Below, piece after piece: positions 25,351 through 34,186 of a stretch of 55,942 nucleotides of DNA (position 1 is its first letter; every line of letters starts with the position of its first letter). Location: the NCBI GenBank assembly GCA_964653835.1, contig CAZZFZ010000001.1, positions 19,746 through 75,687 on the forward strand, given 5' to 3'. The notes beneath the pieces are model-generated. The model was not told the DNA's origin and ran no database searches. It was given only the letters and a program-made list of their open reading frames with translations. The position numbers and the translations under genes are program-made. This DNA is from an uncultured Anaerolineales bacterium (GTDB taxonomy: Bacteria > Chloroflexota > Anaerolineae > Anaerolineales > UBA11858).

Positions 25351-25506
25351 GATGAGGCTGCAGGGGGTTTTCATTGACGAGGACGCGGCCCGTGGGCTGC
25401 TTATACGACGAATGGCGAACGTAAGAACAGGAGGTTGTATCGACACAAACGGATAACGCACATTCACTCTAACGGTTCTATCCCTATCCGTTCGAAGGAG
25501 GAAGAA

Positions 25507-26796
25507 ATGAAGCGTAAGTCGTTTTATCTGATCCTGGCTGCATTATTTGCGGCAACTCTGTTGCTGGCGGCCTGTAAGCCGGCAGCGCCCGAGGAAGCGC
25601 CCGCCGCCGAAGGGGAAAAGGCGGAAGAGGCGGCTCCGGCTGAAGAAGCGGCACCCGCTGCGGAGGAGTTGACCCTGGCCATTGAGCACTTCAGCATCAT
25701 CGAGGGCACAACTTGGTCGGGCGCTCATAACCGCGCTGGCGAGCGCATCGCCGAAAAATACCCCAATGTGAACTACGTTTATCGTGAAGAGGTCGGCCCC
25801 GATCTTTCGGTTCCCTTTGCTGAGGAATTGATCGCCAATGGCGCCGACATCGTTGTAGGTAACGCGGAGTTCATGGGCATGCCACTGGTCGAAATCGCCG
25901 ATAAATACCCCGATGTGAACTTTGTTTCCATCATCGCCAGCGACCTGACCACCAAGGACAACTTCCTGCGCATCTTCCCGCGCCAGTATCAGGCCCTCTA
26001 CCTCGAGGGGTTGATCGCCGGCGCGCTGACCGAAACGGGCAACATCGGTATTGTCTCGGCGTTCCCCTCGGTGCAGGTGATCCGCCGCACGGCTGGCTTC
26101 TACCTCGGTGTGATGGACGCTGCTGAACTGCTCGGCAAGGACATCACCGTGTATGTCAAATACGCGGGCGACTGGTACCTGCCGCAAGAAGAGCGCGATA
26201 TCGCCACCACGCTGGTGGATCAGTACAACGTGGATGTGATTACCCATCAGACCGACTCCGGGTCGCCGCTGGACGTGGCCGTGGAGAAGGGCATCTGGTT
26301 CGTGGGTAAGGACATGGACATCGTTGGCTTCTATGGCTGGGCCGACACCAATACGGTGGCGGTTTCCTTCGACACCCGCTGGGAAGTGCTGTATGATCAG
26401 ATCATTCAGGCTATGATGGCGGGAGAGCAGCCCGAGCAGATCCTCTACCTGGGTATGGAATCGACCATGACCCTGGCGGATGGCACCGAAGAGGCCACCG
26501 TGGATATCATGAATGACAACAAAGTCGGCATCGACGCCATCAGCCCTGCTGCACTGGATAAGATCCCGCAGGAGATCATCGACCTGGTCAAGCAGCGCCG
26601 CGAGCAGATGATGGCGGGCGAGTGGGATCCCTTCACCGAGCACGCCTTTGTCAGCAACGGCACCGGCCTGGAGCTGGAAGGGCTGCCCATCCCGGCGGCG
26701 GGCACCGAAGTGAAACCCGCTGGCGAGGAACCCACGGTTGAGTGGCTGCTCTCGCAGTTCAACTTCGACCTGGAAGGGATGAAGATCCTGGAGTAA
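25507..26796 (+). CDS. BMP-family (basic membrane protein / PnrA-like) ABC substrate-binding lipoprotein, copy 1
   Basis: Lipobox 'LLLAAC', then an Ala/Glu/Pro-rich linker. 'GNIGIVSAFP..QVIR...GF..G' is typical of BMP/Med binding proteins. SD GAAGGAGG before ATG 25507; the track start at 25435 is an in-frame extension. Confidence 0.9.
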   Translation: MKRKSFYLILAALFAATLLLAACKPAAPEEAPAAEGEKAEEAAPAEEAAPAAEELTLAIEHFSIIEGTTWSGAHNRAGERIAEKYPNVNYVYREEVGPDLSVPFAEELIANGADIVVGNAEFMGMPLVEIADKYPDVNFVSIIASDLTTKDNFLRIFPRQYQALYLEGLIAGALTETGNIGIVSAFPSVQVIRRTAGFYLGVMDAAELLGKDITVYVKYAGDWYLPQEERDIATTLVDQYNVDVITHQTDSGSPLDVAVEKGIWFVGKDMDIVGFYGWADTNTVAVSFDTRWEVLYDQIIQAMMAGEQPEQILYLGMESTMTLADGTEEATVDIMNDNKVGIDAISPAALDKIPQEIIDLVKQRREQMMAGEWDPFTEHAFVSNGTGLELEGLPIPAAGTEVKPAGEEPTVEWLLSQFNFDLEGMKILE

Positions 26797-26847
26797 GCTC
26801 AACGCTGAAATAACCACGCCGATCTTGACTTGACGTTACACGAAGAT

Positions 26848-26891
26848 GAGGCTCCCAGTCTTTGGGGGGTCCCCCCCAGGATGGGAGCCTC
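26848..26891 (+). other. Strong intercistronic stem-loop after the binding-protein gene
   Basis: GAGGCTCCCA (26848-26857) pairs with TGGGAGCCTC (26882-26891). There is an inner GGGGGG/CCCCCC stem. No T-run follows. Confidence 0.5.
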
Positions 26892-26944
26892 ACCTGTAGG
26901 TCTTATATCGTTCAATTTGTCAGGACAACATTGAGAAAAATCCT

Positions 26945-28492
26945 ATGCCGCCAGAAAAACCTGAGGTAAACAACACCGTCCTCTCCGCCCGCGGGATTAC
27001 CAAGCGCTTCCCTGGTGTGGTGGCAAACGACGGTATTGATTTCGACATCAAGGCGGGAGAAATTCACGCTATTTTGGGGGAAAACGGGGCTGGTAAAACC
27101 ACGCTGATGAACATCCTTTTTGGACTTTACCAGCCAGATGAAGGCGAGTTGTATGTTCATGGGAAGCGAGTTGAATTCAAGTCGCCGCTTGATGCCATTG
27201 AGTTGGGGATTGGCATGGTGCATCAGCATCGCAAGCTGGTGCCTGCTCACACCGTTTTGGAGAACATCGTTTTGGGGCACCCGCACGCCGGGAAGATTTT
27301 GAACCTGCGCCGCGCCGAGCGGGAATTGCGCCAGTTGTGCGATAAATATGGCTTCAAGATTGATTTTCGCGCCAAGGTGTGGCAGCTCTCGGAAGGGGAG
27401 AAGCAACTTGTGGAAATCCTCAAGGCGCTGTATCGCGGCGCGGAAATCTTGATCCTCGACGAACCCACTTCGGCGCTGACCCCGGTGGAGACCGAGATCT
27501 TGCTCGATTCGATCCAGGCTATGGCCGAACACGACCTGGCGATCGTCCCCTTCATCACCCACAAGCTGCCGATTGTGCTTTCGATCAGCGACCAGGTGAC
27601 CGTACTGCGTCGCGGCAAGGTCGTCAGCCGGATTGAGACGGCCAAGGCGACGGAGAAAAGCCTGGCGAAGGAGATGGTTGGCCGCGAGGTGCTTTTCCAC
27701 ATCAAGCGGGAGCGGGTTGAACCTGGCAAGCCGGTGCTGCAGGTGGAAAATCTCTCCGCGTTGAGCGATAAAGGCGTCACCGCGCTGGACAGCGTCTCGT
27801 TCACCATCCGGGAAGGGGAGATTTTCGGCGTCGCTGGCGTTTCCGGGAATGGTCAGCAAGAGCTGGTTGAGACGCTCGCCGGGCTGCGCGAACCCCAGGG
27901 TGGGCACATTTTCCTCGATGGGGTGGAGATCACCCACGCCAGCAGCCTGGAGCGCTGGAAACGGGGGCTGGGTTATATCCCGGCGGATCGCATCGGCATG
28001 GGCTCGATTGGTGAGTTCACCCTGGTGGAGAATGTCTTGCTCAACAACTTCTTCGATGAAGAGTTCTGCCGCTATGGTGTGCTGGATTACAAAAAGGCAC
28101 GTCAAGTGACTGAGGCGATGATTAAGGAATATGATGTCGCCGCGCCGGGGCCGGACGTGCTTGCGCGCAAACTCTCCGGCGGCAACCTGCAAAAGATTAT
28201 CCTGGCGCGCGTGCTCAACCGCAGGCCGCGCCTGGTGATCGCCGATCTCCCCTCGCAGGGGTTGGATGTCGGCGCTACGGAGTTCGTGCGCAACAAACTT
28301 GTGGACGCCAAGGTGGGCAAGGCTGCCGTGCTGCTGATCTCCGAAGACCTGGATGAAATTCTGGCGATCAGCGATTGGGTGGCGCCGATATACGAAGGCC
28401 GCTTCATGGGTATTTTGCCCGCGGATGAGGCGGCGCGGGATAAGATTGGTGAGATGATGGCTGGTTTGGCTGCGGAAGGTGAAGGACAATGA
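26945..28492 (+). CDS. ABC transporter ATP-binding protein with duplicated ATPase domains
   Basis: Walker A 'GENGAGKTT', signature 'LSEGEKQ', Walker B 'ILILDEPT'. The second half has 'GVSGNGQQEL' and 'LSGGNLQK'. Confidence 0.93.
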   Translation: MPPEKPEVNNTVLSARGITKRFPGVVANDGIDFDIKAGEIHAILGENGAGKTTLMNILFGLYQPDEGELYVHGKRVEFKSPLDAIELGIGMVHQHRKLVPAHTVLENIVLGHPHAGKILNLRRAERELRQLCDKYGFKIDFRAKVWQLSEGEKQLVEILKALYRGAEILILDEPTSALTPVETEILLDSIQAMAEHDLAIVPFITHKLPIVLSISDQVTVLRRGKVVSRIETAKATEKSLAKEMVGREVLFHIKRERVEPGKPVLQVENLSALSDKGVTALDSVSFTIREGEIFGVAGVSGNGQQELVETLAGLREPQGGHIFLDGVEITHASSLERWKRGLGYIPADRIGMGSIGEFTLVENVLLNNFFDEEFCRYGVLDYKKARQVTEAMIKEYDVAAPGPDVLARKLSGGNLQKIILARVLNRRPRLVIADLPSQGLDVGATEFVRNKLVDAKVGKAAVLLISEDLDEILAISDWVAPIYEGRFMGILPADEAARDKIGEMMAGLAAEGEGQ

Positions 28493-29610
28493 GAATTGGC
28501 AACTATCACTTTAAGCTCGAAAAGCGGGTGTCGCTGACCGGCTGGCAGGCGACCTCGATTTCGATCTTCGCCGTTGTCGTCGCCTTGCTGCTCTTTAGTT
28601 TGATCTTTGTGCAGGCGGGTGTCTCGCCCCTTGAGGCGTATGGCGAGATTTTCGACTATGCGTTTGCCAACCCTTATGGCTTGCCGTTGACGTTGAATCG
28701 TTTTATCTTTCTCTTGTTTTGTACGTATGCCTTTATTTTGCCCCTGCGGGCCGGACTGTGGAATATCGGCATGACCGGTCAGCTCTACGCCGGTTCTTTA
28801 AGCGTCTTCGCGGTGCTGTACGCCTTTGGGGCGCAGAGTTCGCGTTCGCTGGAGCTTGCGCCGGGACTGGTGATCCCCCTGATGGTGCTGGCGGCGCTCA
28901 TCGGCGGGATGGTGCCTGGGGCGATCGCTGGGTTTCTCAAAGGGCGCTACAACACCAATGAGATCGTCGTGACGATGATGCTGAATTTTATCTTCTTCTG
29001 GCTGGTTTCGTTCATGATTAAAGAGGGGGGCTTGTTCATGAATCCCGGCGGTCGCGGCGAAAGTTTTGAGCTGCCCCCTTCGGTGTATGCGCCGCTGTAT
29101 AAGGGTGTGCCCTTCACCGGCGCGCTGGTGCTGGGGATTGGTCTCTTGCTGGCGTTCCTCTTCGCACGCACGCGCCTGGGGTATGAGATCAAGGCGTATG
29201 GCAAAAGCCCCAACGCGGCGCGCTACGCTGGGATCAGTGCCTATCGAATTCCGTTGATCGTTTTCCTCCTCGGTGGGGCGATCGCCGGGCTGGCGGGATA
29301 TCACTATTTCGCTGCCGTGCCGGGGGTTTACAAGATCGCGCGTAATTACGTGCAATTTGGTGATCTTGCCTTCTACGGCATTATCTGCGGCCTGATCTCC
29401 CAGGGCAACCCGCTGTCGGCCATCCCTGTGGCGTTATTGTTCGGCGGATTGTCGATTGGCGGCCGTTTTGTGCAGGGAAAGATGCACATGGCCTTTGGTG
29501 TGGATTACGCCCTGTTGGGTGTCTTGATGATTACCCTGGTGGCTTTTCAGTTTTTCTATCGGTACAAGATCGTACGCCTGCGAATCATGGAGGAAGTCGC
29601 CGATGCTTGA
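28489..29610 (+). CDS. ABC transporter permease (BMP-type system)
   Basis: 373 aa polytopic protein. Its start overlaps the ATPase stop (ATGA). Confidence 0.9.
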   Translation: MRIGNYHFKLEKRVSLTGWQATSISIFAVVVALLLFSLIFVQAGVSPLEAYGEIFDYAFANPYGLPLTLNRFIFLLFCTYAFILPLRAGLWNIGMTGQLYAGSLSVFAVLYAFGAQSSRSLELAPGLVIPLMVLAALIGGMVPGAIAGFLKGRYNTNEIVVTMMLNFIFFWLVSFMIKEGGLFMNPGGRGESFELPPSVYAPLYKGVPFTGALVLGIGLLLAFLFARTRLGYEIKAYGKSPNAARYAGISAYRIPLIVFLLGGAIAGLAGYHYFAAVPGVYKIARNYVQFGDLAFYGIICGLISQGNPLSAIPVALLFGGLSIGGRFVQGKMHMAFGVDYALLGVLMITLVAFQFFYRYKIVRLRIMEEVADA

Positions 29611-30478
29611 GTTCATCGCCCGAAGCCTGGATGCTTCGACTATTTTCACGATCGCCGCGCTGGGCGAACTGGTTGGCCAGCGATCAGGTATTCTGAACGT
29701 CGGCGTGGAAGGGGTGATGTTGTTTGGGGCCACGCTGGGCTTTATCGTCGCGCAGACCACCGGGAGTTTCCTGCTGGGCTTTCTGGTGGGCGTCGCGGTT
29801 GGTGGCCTGCTTGGGTTGCTGCATGGGTTTTTCTCCATCACTCTGGGGGGCGACCAGGTCGTCAGCGGCATGGGGATCTGGATCCTCGGGTTTGGGTTGA
29901 CCACCTATATCGGCAGCCCCTATACCGGCCCGCTGGGCATGGATCGCATCCCCACGCTGTTTGGGCTTTCCCCGTTTTTCTATGTCGGCATCGCCTCCGT
30001 GGCGCTGGTGTGGTTTGTGCTGCACAAGACCAGCCTGGGATTGGCGATCCGCTCGGTGGGTGAGAACCCCTCTGTGGCGGAAGTTTCGGGGATCAACGTA
30101 TCGCGCATTCGCTATTTGTGCGTTGTGGTCGCGGGGATGTTCATGGGACTGGCCGGCGCGGTGTATTCGCTGAACTATAACCCGGTGTGGAACTACAACT
30201 TCCTGATGGGGTGGGGGTTCGTCGCCCTGGCGTTGGTCTTCTTCTCGATGTGGAATCCCTGGTTCTTGCTCGGCGGCTCCCTGCTCTTTGGCACGATGTG
30301 GCAACTTTCGCTCAACCCGGAGATGGTGCTCCCTGGCGTGTTGTCGCGCTACATCTGGCGTACCATCCCCTTTGTGATTACCGTGGTCGTGTTGCTGATT
30401 ATGTCCACGCGCTGGTTCCGCACCCGCTGGGGGGCGGCCAAGCCCGAGGCGCTGGGGTTGCCATATGTTAAAGAATAG
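29603..30478 (+). CDS. ABC transporter permease (BMP-type system)
   Basis: 291 aa polytopic protein. 'GE.V.QRSGILNVGVEG.M' is a typical N-terminal motif. 8-nt overlap with the preceding gene. Confidence 0.9.
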   Translation: MLEFIARSLDASTIFTIAALGELVGQRSGILNVGVEGVMLFGATLGFIVAQTTGSFLLGFLVGVAVGGLLGLLHGFFSITLGGDQVVSGMGIWILGFGLTTYIGSPYTGPLGMDRIPTLFGLSPFFYVGIASVALVWFVLHKTSLGLAIRSVGENPSVAEVSGINVSRIRYLCVVVAGMFMGLAGAVYSLNYNPVWNYNFLMGWGFVALALVFFSMWNPWFLLGGSLLFGTMWQLSLNPEMVLPGVLSRYIWRTIPFVITVVVLLIMSTRWFRTRWGAAKPEALGLPYVKE

Positions 30479-30531
30479 GGGGCATGGTTCATCTGTGCAG
30501 ATCGTGTGGCGTTATGGTGACATTTGTTAGA

Positions 30532-30561
30532 TTGACAGAGATTGACACCGATGCGTAAAAT
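30532..30561 (+). promoter_or_regulatory. Sigma-A-like promoter for the decarboxylase operon
   Basis: TTGACA (30532-30537), 18-nt spacer, TAAAAT (30556-30561). A second TTGACACC lies at 30542. It shares 'TTGACACC' and 'GTAAAATGA' with the promoter at 25322. Confidence 0.5.
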
Positions 30562-30593
30562 GAAATCGCTTTATAGCGAGAAGTCAGGCTAGC

Positions 30594-30632
30594 GGCCAGG
30601 GGGTGGAGAGTGGACTTCTCCACCCTTTGGCC
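30594..30632 (+). promoter_or_regulatory. Terminator-like hairpin inside the decarboxylase leader (candidate attenuator)
   Basis: GGTGGAGA (30602-30609) pairs with TCTCCACC (30617-30624). The stem is extended by GGCCAGGG / CCCTTTGGCC and followed by the U-rich CTTTGGCCTTTGG. Confidence 0.4.
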
Positions 30633-30681
30633 TTTGGCTAAATATTCAGTTCGCGTCATTCGATGATACGGAGGAGCCATT

Positions 30682-32232
30682 TTGGATCATCAAGCACTGA
30701 TCGCTGAGTTGAAAGAAAAACGGAAGAGCATTGCTCAAGGGGGTGGTGAAAAACGCATCGAAGCGCAACACGCCAAAGGGAAATTAACCGCCCGCGAACG
30801 CATCAACCTGCTTCTGGATGAAGGTAGCTTTCAAGAGGTTGACGCCTATTGGACGCATCGCCATTCTGATTTCGGCATGGATCAGAAGCGCTACCCCGGT
30901 GATAGCGTGGTGGTCGGGTTTGGCAAAATTGATGGCCGCATGGTCGCCGTCTATTCCCAGGATTTCACCGTGCTGGGCGGTTCGTTCTCAGAAGTTCAAG
31001 GGCAGAAAATTGCCAAGGTGTTCGATCTGGCCTTGGATGCAGGCGTTCCGGTCATCGGCATCATGGATTCGGTCGGCGCGCGCATCCAGGAAGGGGTCTA
31101 TAGCCTGGCGGCGTATTCGGAATTGTTCTGGCGTAACACTCAGGCCAGCGGAGTGGTGCCGCAGATCAGCGTGATGGTTGGTCCCTGCGCCGGTGGCTCG
31201 GTTTATTCGCCCGGCCTGACGGATTTCGTCATCATGACCGAGGGCGTCAGTCAGATGTTCATCACTGGCCCCAAGGTGATCGAAACGGTGACGCGCGAGA
31301 AAGTGGATATGGAGACCCTGGGCGGTGCGGCGGTGCACAGCGCCAAGAGCGGTGTGGCGCATTTCGTCGCCCCCGATGAGCCTGCCGCGTTTCAACTCAC
31401 GCGCAAGCTGTTTAGCTACCTGCCTTCCAACAACGCCGAAGCTCCGCCCTCGACTCCGCCGCAAGACGATCCCTGGCGGCAAGACGAAGCGCTCAACACC
31501 CTGGTGCCTACCGATCCGTCTGAGGCCTATGATATGCGCGAAGTGATCGAGCGCATTTTTGACCTGGGCAGTTTTATGCCGGTGCACGAACGCTTCGCCA
31601 CCAGCGCTATCGTAGGTTTTGCCCGTTTGCATGGGCAGCCGGTAGGCGTGATCGCCAATCAGCCCAGTGTGCTGGCGGGCGTGCTGGACATCGATACCTC
31701 AGACAAGATCGCCCGCTTCATCCGTTTTTGTGATGCCTTCAATATCCCCTTGATCTCTCTGATCGACACGCCAGGGTTCATGCCCGGCGTGATGCAGGAG
31801 CACAGTGGCGTCATCCGTCATGGGGCCAAGATCGTCTACGCTTATTCCGAAGCCACGGTGCCGAAACTGGCGGTCATTGTGCGCAAGGCGTATGGCGGCG
31901 CGTACATCGTTATGAGCAGCAAGTATATTCGCACCGATCTGGTCTACGCCTGGCCGACGGCGGAGATCGCCGTAATGGGCGCGGATGGGGCGGTCAACAT
32001 TCTTTACGCCAAAGATCTGAAGAGCGCGGAGAACCCCGAGGAAGTAAGGCAGCAGTTCGTCGCCGAGTTCAAGGAGAAGTTTTCCAAGCCCTATACCGCC
32101 GCCGCCAGTGGCCATGTGGATGACGTGCTCATTCCCTCCGAGACGCGCCCACGGCTGATCGCCGCCCTGGAATTGCTCAAAGACAAGCGCACGCAGACGC
32201 GCCCGAAAAAGCATGGCAATATCCCGCTTTAA
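30682..32232 (+). CDS. Acyl-CoA carboxyltransferase subunit (MmdA / PccB-like alpha subunit of a biotin decarboxylase)
   Basis: 516 aa. 'KGKLTARERI..LLD.GSF.E', 'GDSVV.G.G.I.GR.V.V.SQDFTV.GGS' and 'AYGGAYIVM' are typical of methylmalonyl-CoA decarboxylase alpha / propionyl-CoA carboxylase beta. TTG start with GGAGG 7 nt upstream. Confidence 0.92.
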   Translation: MDHQALIAELKEKRKSIAQGGGEKRIEAQHAKGKLTARERINLLLDEGSFQEVDAYWTHRHSDFGMDQKRYPGDSVVVGFGKIDGRMVAVYSQDFTVLGGSFSEVQGQKIAKVFDLALDAGVPVIGIMDSVGARIQEGVYSLAAYSELFWRNTQASGVVPQISVMVGPCAGGSVYSPGLTDFVIMTEGVSQMFITGPKVIETVTREKVDMETLGGAAVHSAKSGVAHFVAPDEPAAFQLTRKLFSYLPSNNAEAPPSTPPQDDPWRQDEALNTLVPTDPSEAYDMREVIERIFDLGSFMPVHERFATSAIVGFARLHGQPVGVIANQPSVLAGVLDIDTSDKIARFIRFCDAFNIPLISLIDTPGFMPGVMQEHSGVIRHGAKIVYAYSEATVPKLAVIVRKAYGGAYIVMSSKYIRTDLVYAWPTAEIAVMGADGAVNILYAKDLKSAENPEEVRQQFVAEFKEKFSKPYTAAASGHVDDVLIPSETRPRLIAALELLKDKRTQTRPKKHGNIPL

Positions 32233-32252
32233 CAGGAAGCAGAGGTGTTCAC

Positions 32253-32570
32253 GTGAGTAGTTTGGGTCAGGGTTTAAGTATCAGCGTGATGGGGATTTTG
32301 ATCACCTTTGCCTCACTGGGGATTTTGATCCTGGTGATGATCGCCCTGCGGGAGTGGTTTGCGCCGCGCACCTCGAAGGAGGCCCCTCGGCCTGATGGCA
32401 GTGAGGATGGCGCACCGCAGACGGAAAGCGACGCCGCGGCGGTGGCTGCGGCCACGGCTGTGGCTTTTCTGAAGGCCCGGCAACGTCAACGTGCGGCGCT
32501 TGGCAAAGTCCTCGAAGCGCCGCAGGGGCGCTGGTGGCTCATGAATGCACTGTGGAGGCACGATGGCTGA
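32253..32570 (+). CDS. OadG-like small membrane subunit of the Na+-translocating decarboxylase
   Basis: The N-terminal helix 'LGQGLSISVMGILITFASLGILILVMIAL' matches the OadG family pattern. GTG start. Confidence 0.68.
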   Translation: MSSLGQGLSISVMGILITFASLGILILVMIALREWFAPRTSKEAPRPDGSEDGAPQTESDAAAVAAATAVAFLKARQRQRAALGKVLEAPQGRWWLMNALWRHDG

Positions 32571-33012
32571 CAACACCCACAAAATCCTTGTGCGAATCGA
32601 TGGCCAGGAATTTCAGGTTGAGGTTGAAAATTTAAACGCTTCGCCCGTGGTCGCGCGCGTGAACGGACGCGCTTATCAGGTCTTCCTGGAGGAAAGCAGC
32701 GGCAGTAGTACTGTTGCGTCGGTGCCGAGAGTGGTCGCCGTGCCCGCGACTACTGCTCAACCGGCTGCCGCGGTGGCGCCGCCTGCAACGGAGGCCGCCA
32801 CGGACGTGGTCACTGCCCCCATGCCGGGTGACATCGTCGAAGTGAAAGTCCTTCCCGGACAGGAAGTCCAGGCCGGGGATCCGATTTGTGTCCTCGACGC
32901 CATGAAGATGAAGAACATGATTTATTCGCCGCAGGCTGGCCGGGTGGCCAGCGTCGACGTCGCGCCGGGGCAATCGGTGGACTACGGCACGGTGCTGGTG
33001 CGCTTCGAGTAG
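32563..33012 (+). CDS. Biotin carboxyl carrier subunit
   Basis: C-terminal biotinyl domain with the 'VLDAMKMKN' (AMKM) attachment motif. An Ala/Pro-rich linker is present. ATG 32563 is preceded by GGAGG and overlaps the upstream stop. Confidence 0.85.
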   Translation: MADNTHKILVRIDGQEFQVEVENLNASPVVARVNGRAYQVFLEESSGSSTVASVPRVVAVPATTAQPAAAVAPPATEAATDVVTAPMPGDIVEVKVLPGQEVQAGDPICVLDAMKMKNMIYSPQAGRVASVDVAPGQSVDYGTVLVRFE

Positions 33013-33022
33013 GGAGTATTTT

Positions 33023-34147
33023 ATGGATATCGTCAGGCTGTTGTTGCAGGCTCCCTTATCGCTGACGTGGCAAAGCGCGGTGATGATCGCTGTAGGCGGG
33101 GTGTTGATTTACCTGGCCGTGGCTAAAGATTATGAGCCGGTGCTGCTTTTGCCAATCGGGTTTGGCGCCATCCTCACCAACCTGCCGCTGACCGGCATTG
33201 CCGACGCCAGTCAGCATGGGTTGCTGGGGATTCTCTACGAGGCGGGGATCACTACTGAGTTGTTCCCGCTGCTGATTTTCATTGGGATCGGCGCAATGAC
33301 CGATTTTGGCCCCCTGCTGGAAAACCCCAAGATGGCGTTGCTGGGCGCGGCTGGGCAGTTTGGGATTTTTGGCACCCTGATGTTGGCGCTCAGCCTGGGG
33401 TTCAATTTGAACGAGGCGGCCTCGATCGGCATCATCGGCGCGATTGATGGGCCAACGGCGATTTACGTCTCAAGCCGCCTGGCTCCAGAGCTGCTGGGGC
33501 CGATCGCCGTGGCGGCTTACAGCTATATGTCGCTTGTGCCGATCATTCAACCGCCGGTGATGCGATTGTTGACCACCAACGCGGAGCGCACCGTGCGCAT
33601 GCCTTACACACAGCGCGAGATCTCCAAAACCGCGCGTGTGCTTTTCCCCATCGTGGTGACCATCATTGTGTCGCTGATCTCCCCGAAAGCCTCGCCATTG
33701 ATCGCCACGCTGATGTTTGGTAATCTGATGCGTGAATCCGGCGTTGTGGAGCGCCTCTCGAAAGCGGCGCAAAACGAGATTGCCAATGTCACCACCATCT
33801 TCCTGGGCCTGACGATTGGCAGCACGATGACCGGGGCGAGCTTTATCCGTCCGGAGACGGCGTTGATCCTGGCGATGGGGCTGCTGGCCTTTGTGCTGGA
33901 CACGGTGGGTGGCGTGTTGTTTGGCAAGCTGCTTTACCTGCTTTCTGGCAAGAAGTTCAACCCGCTGATCGGCGCGGCGGGCATCAGCGCCTTTCCAATG
34001 TCAGCGCGCATAGTGCAGCGTGTGGGGCAGGAGTATGATCGAGGTAACTTTTTACTGATGCACGCCATGGGCGCCAACACCGCCGGGCAATTGGGCAGCG
34101 TGGTGGCTGGCGGCGTCGTGCTGGCGCTGCTCTCTGGTGCGTTTTGA
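33023..34147 (+). CDS. Na+-translocating decarboxylase beta (membrane pump) subunit (OadB/MmdB/GcdB family)
   Basis: 374 aa polytopic protein. 'EP.LLLPIGFG.IL.N.P', 'GA.GQ.GIF', 'GAIDGPT.I', 'GAAGISAFPMSAR' and 'LMHAMG.N..G' are characteristic. Confidence 0.92.
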   Translation: MDIVRLLLQAPLSLTWQSAVMIAVGGVLIYLAVAKDYEPVLLLPIGFGAILTNLPLTGIADASQHGLLGILYEAGITTELFPLLIFIGIGAMTDFGPLLENPKMALLGAAGQFGIFGTLMLALSLGFNLNEAASIGIIGAIDGPTAIYVSSRLAPELLGPIAVAAYSYMSLVPIIQPPVMRLLTTNAERTVRMPYTQREISKTARVLFPIVVTIIVSLISPKASPLIATLMFGNLMRESGVVERLSKAAQNEIANVTTIFLGLTIGSTMTGASFIRPETALILAMGLLAFVLDTVGGVLFGKLLYLLSGKKFNPLIGAAGISAFPMSARIVQRVGQEYDRGNFLLMHAMGANTAGQLGSVVAGGVVLALLSGAF

Positions 34148-34186
34148 GTTTTGTGTATTCCTGATATAGAAGTAAGGAGCATTTTT

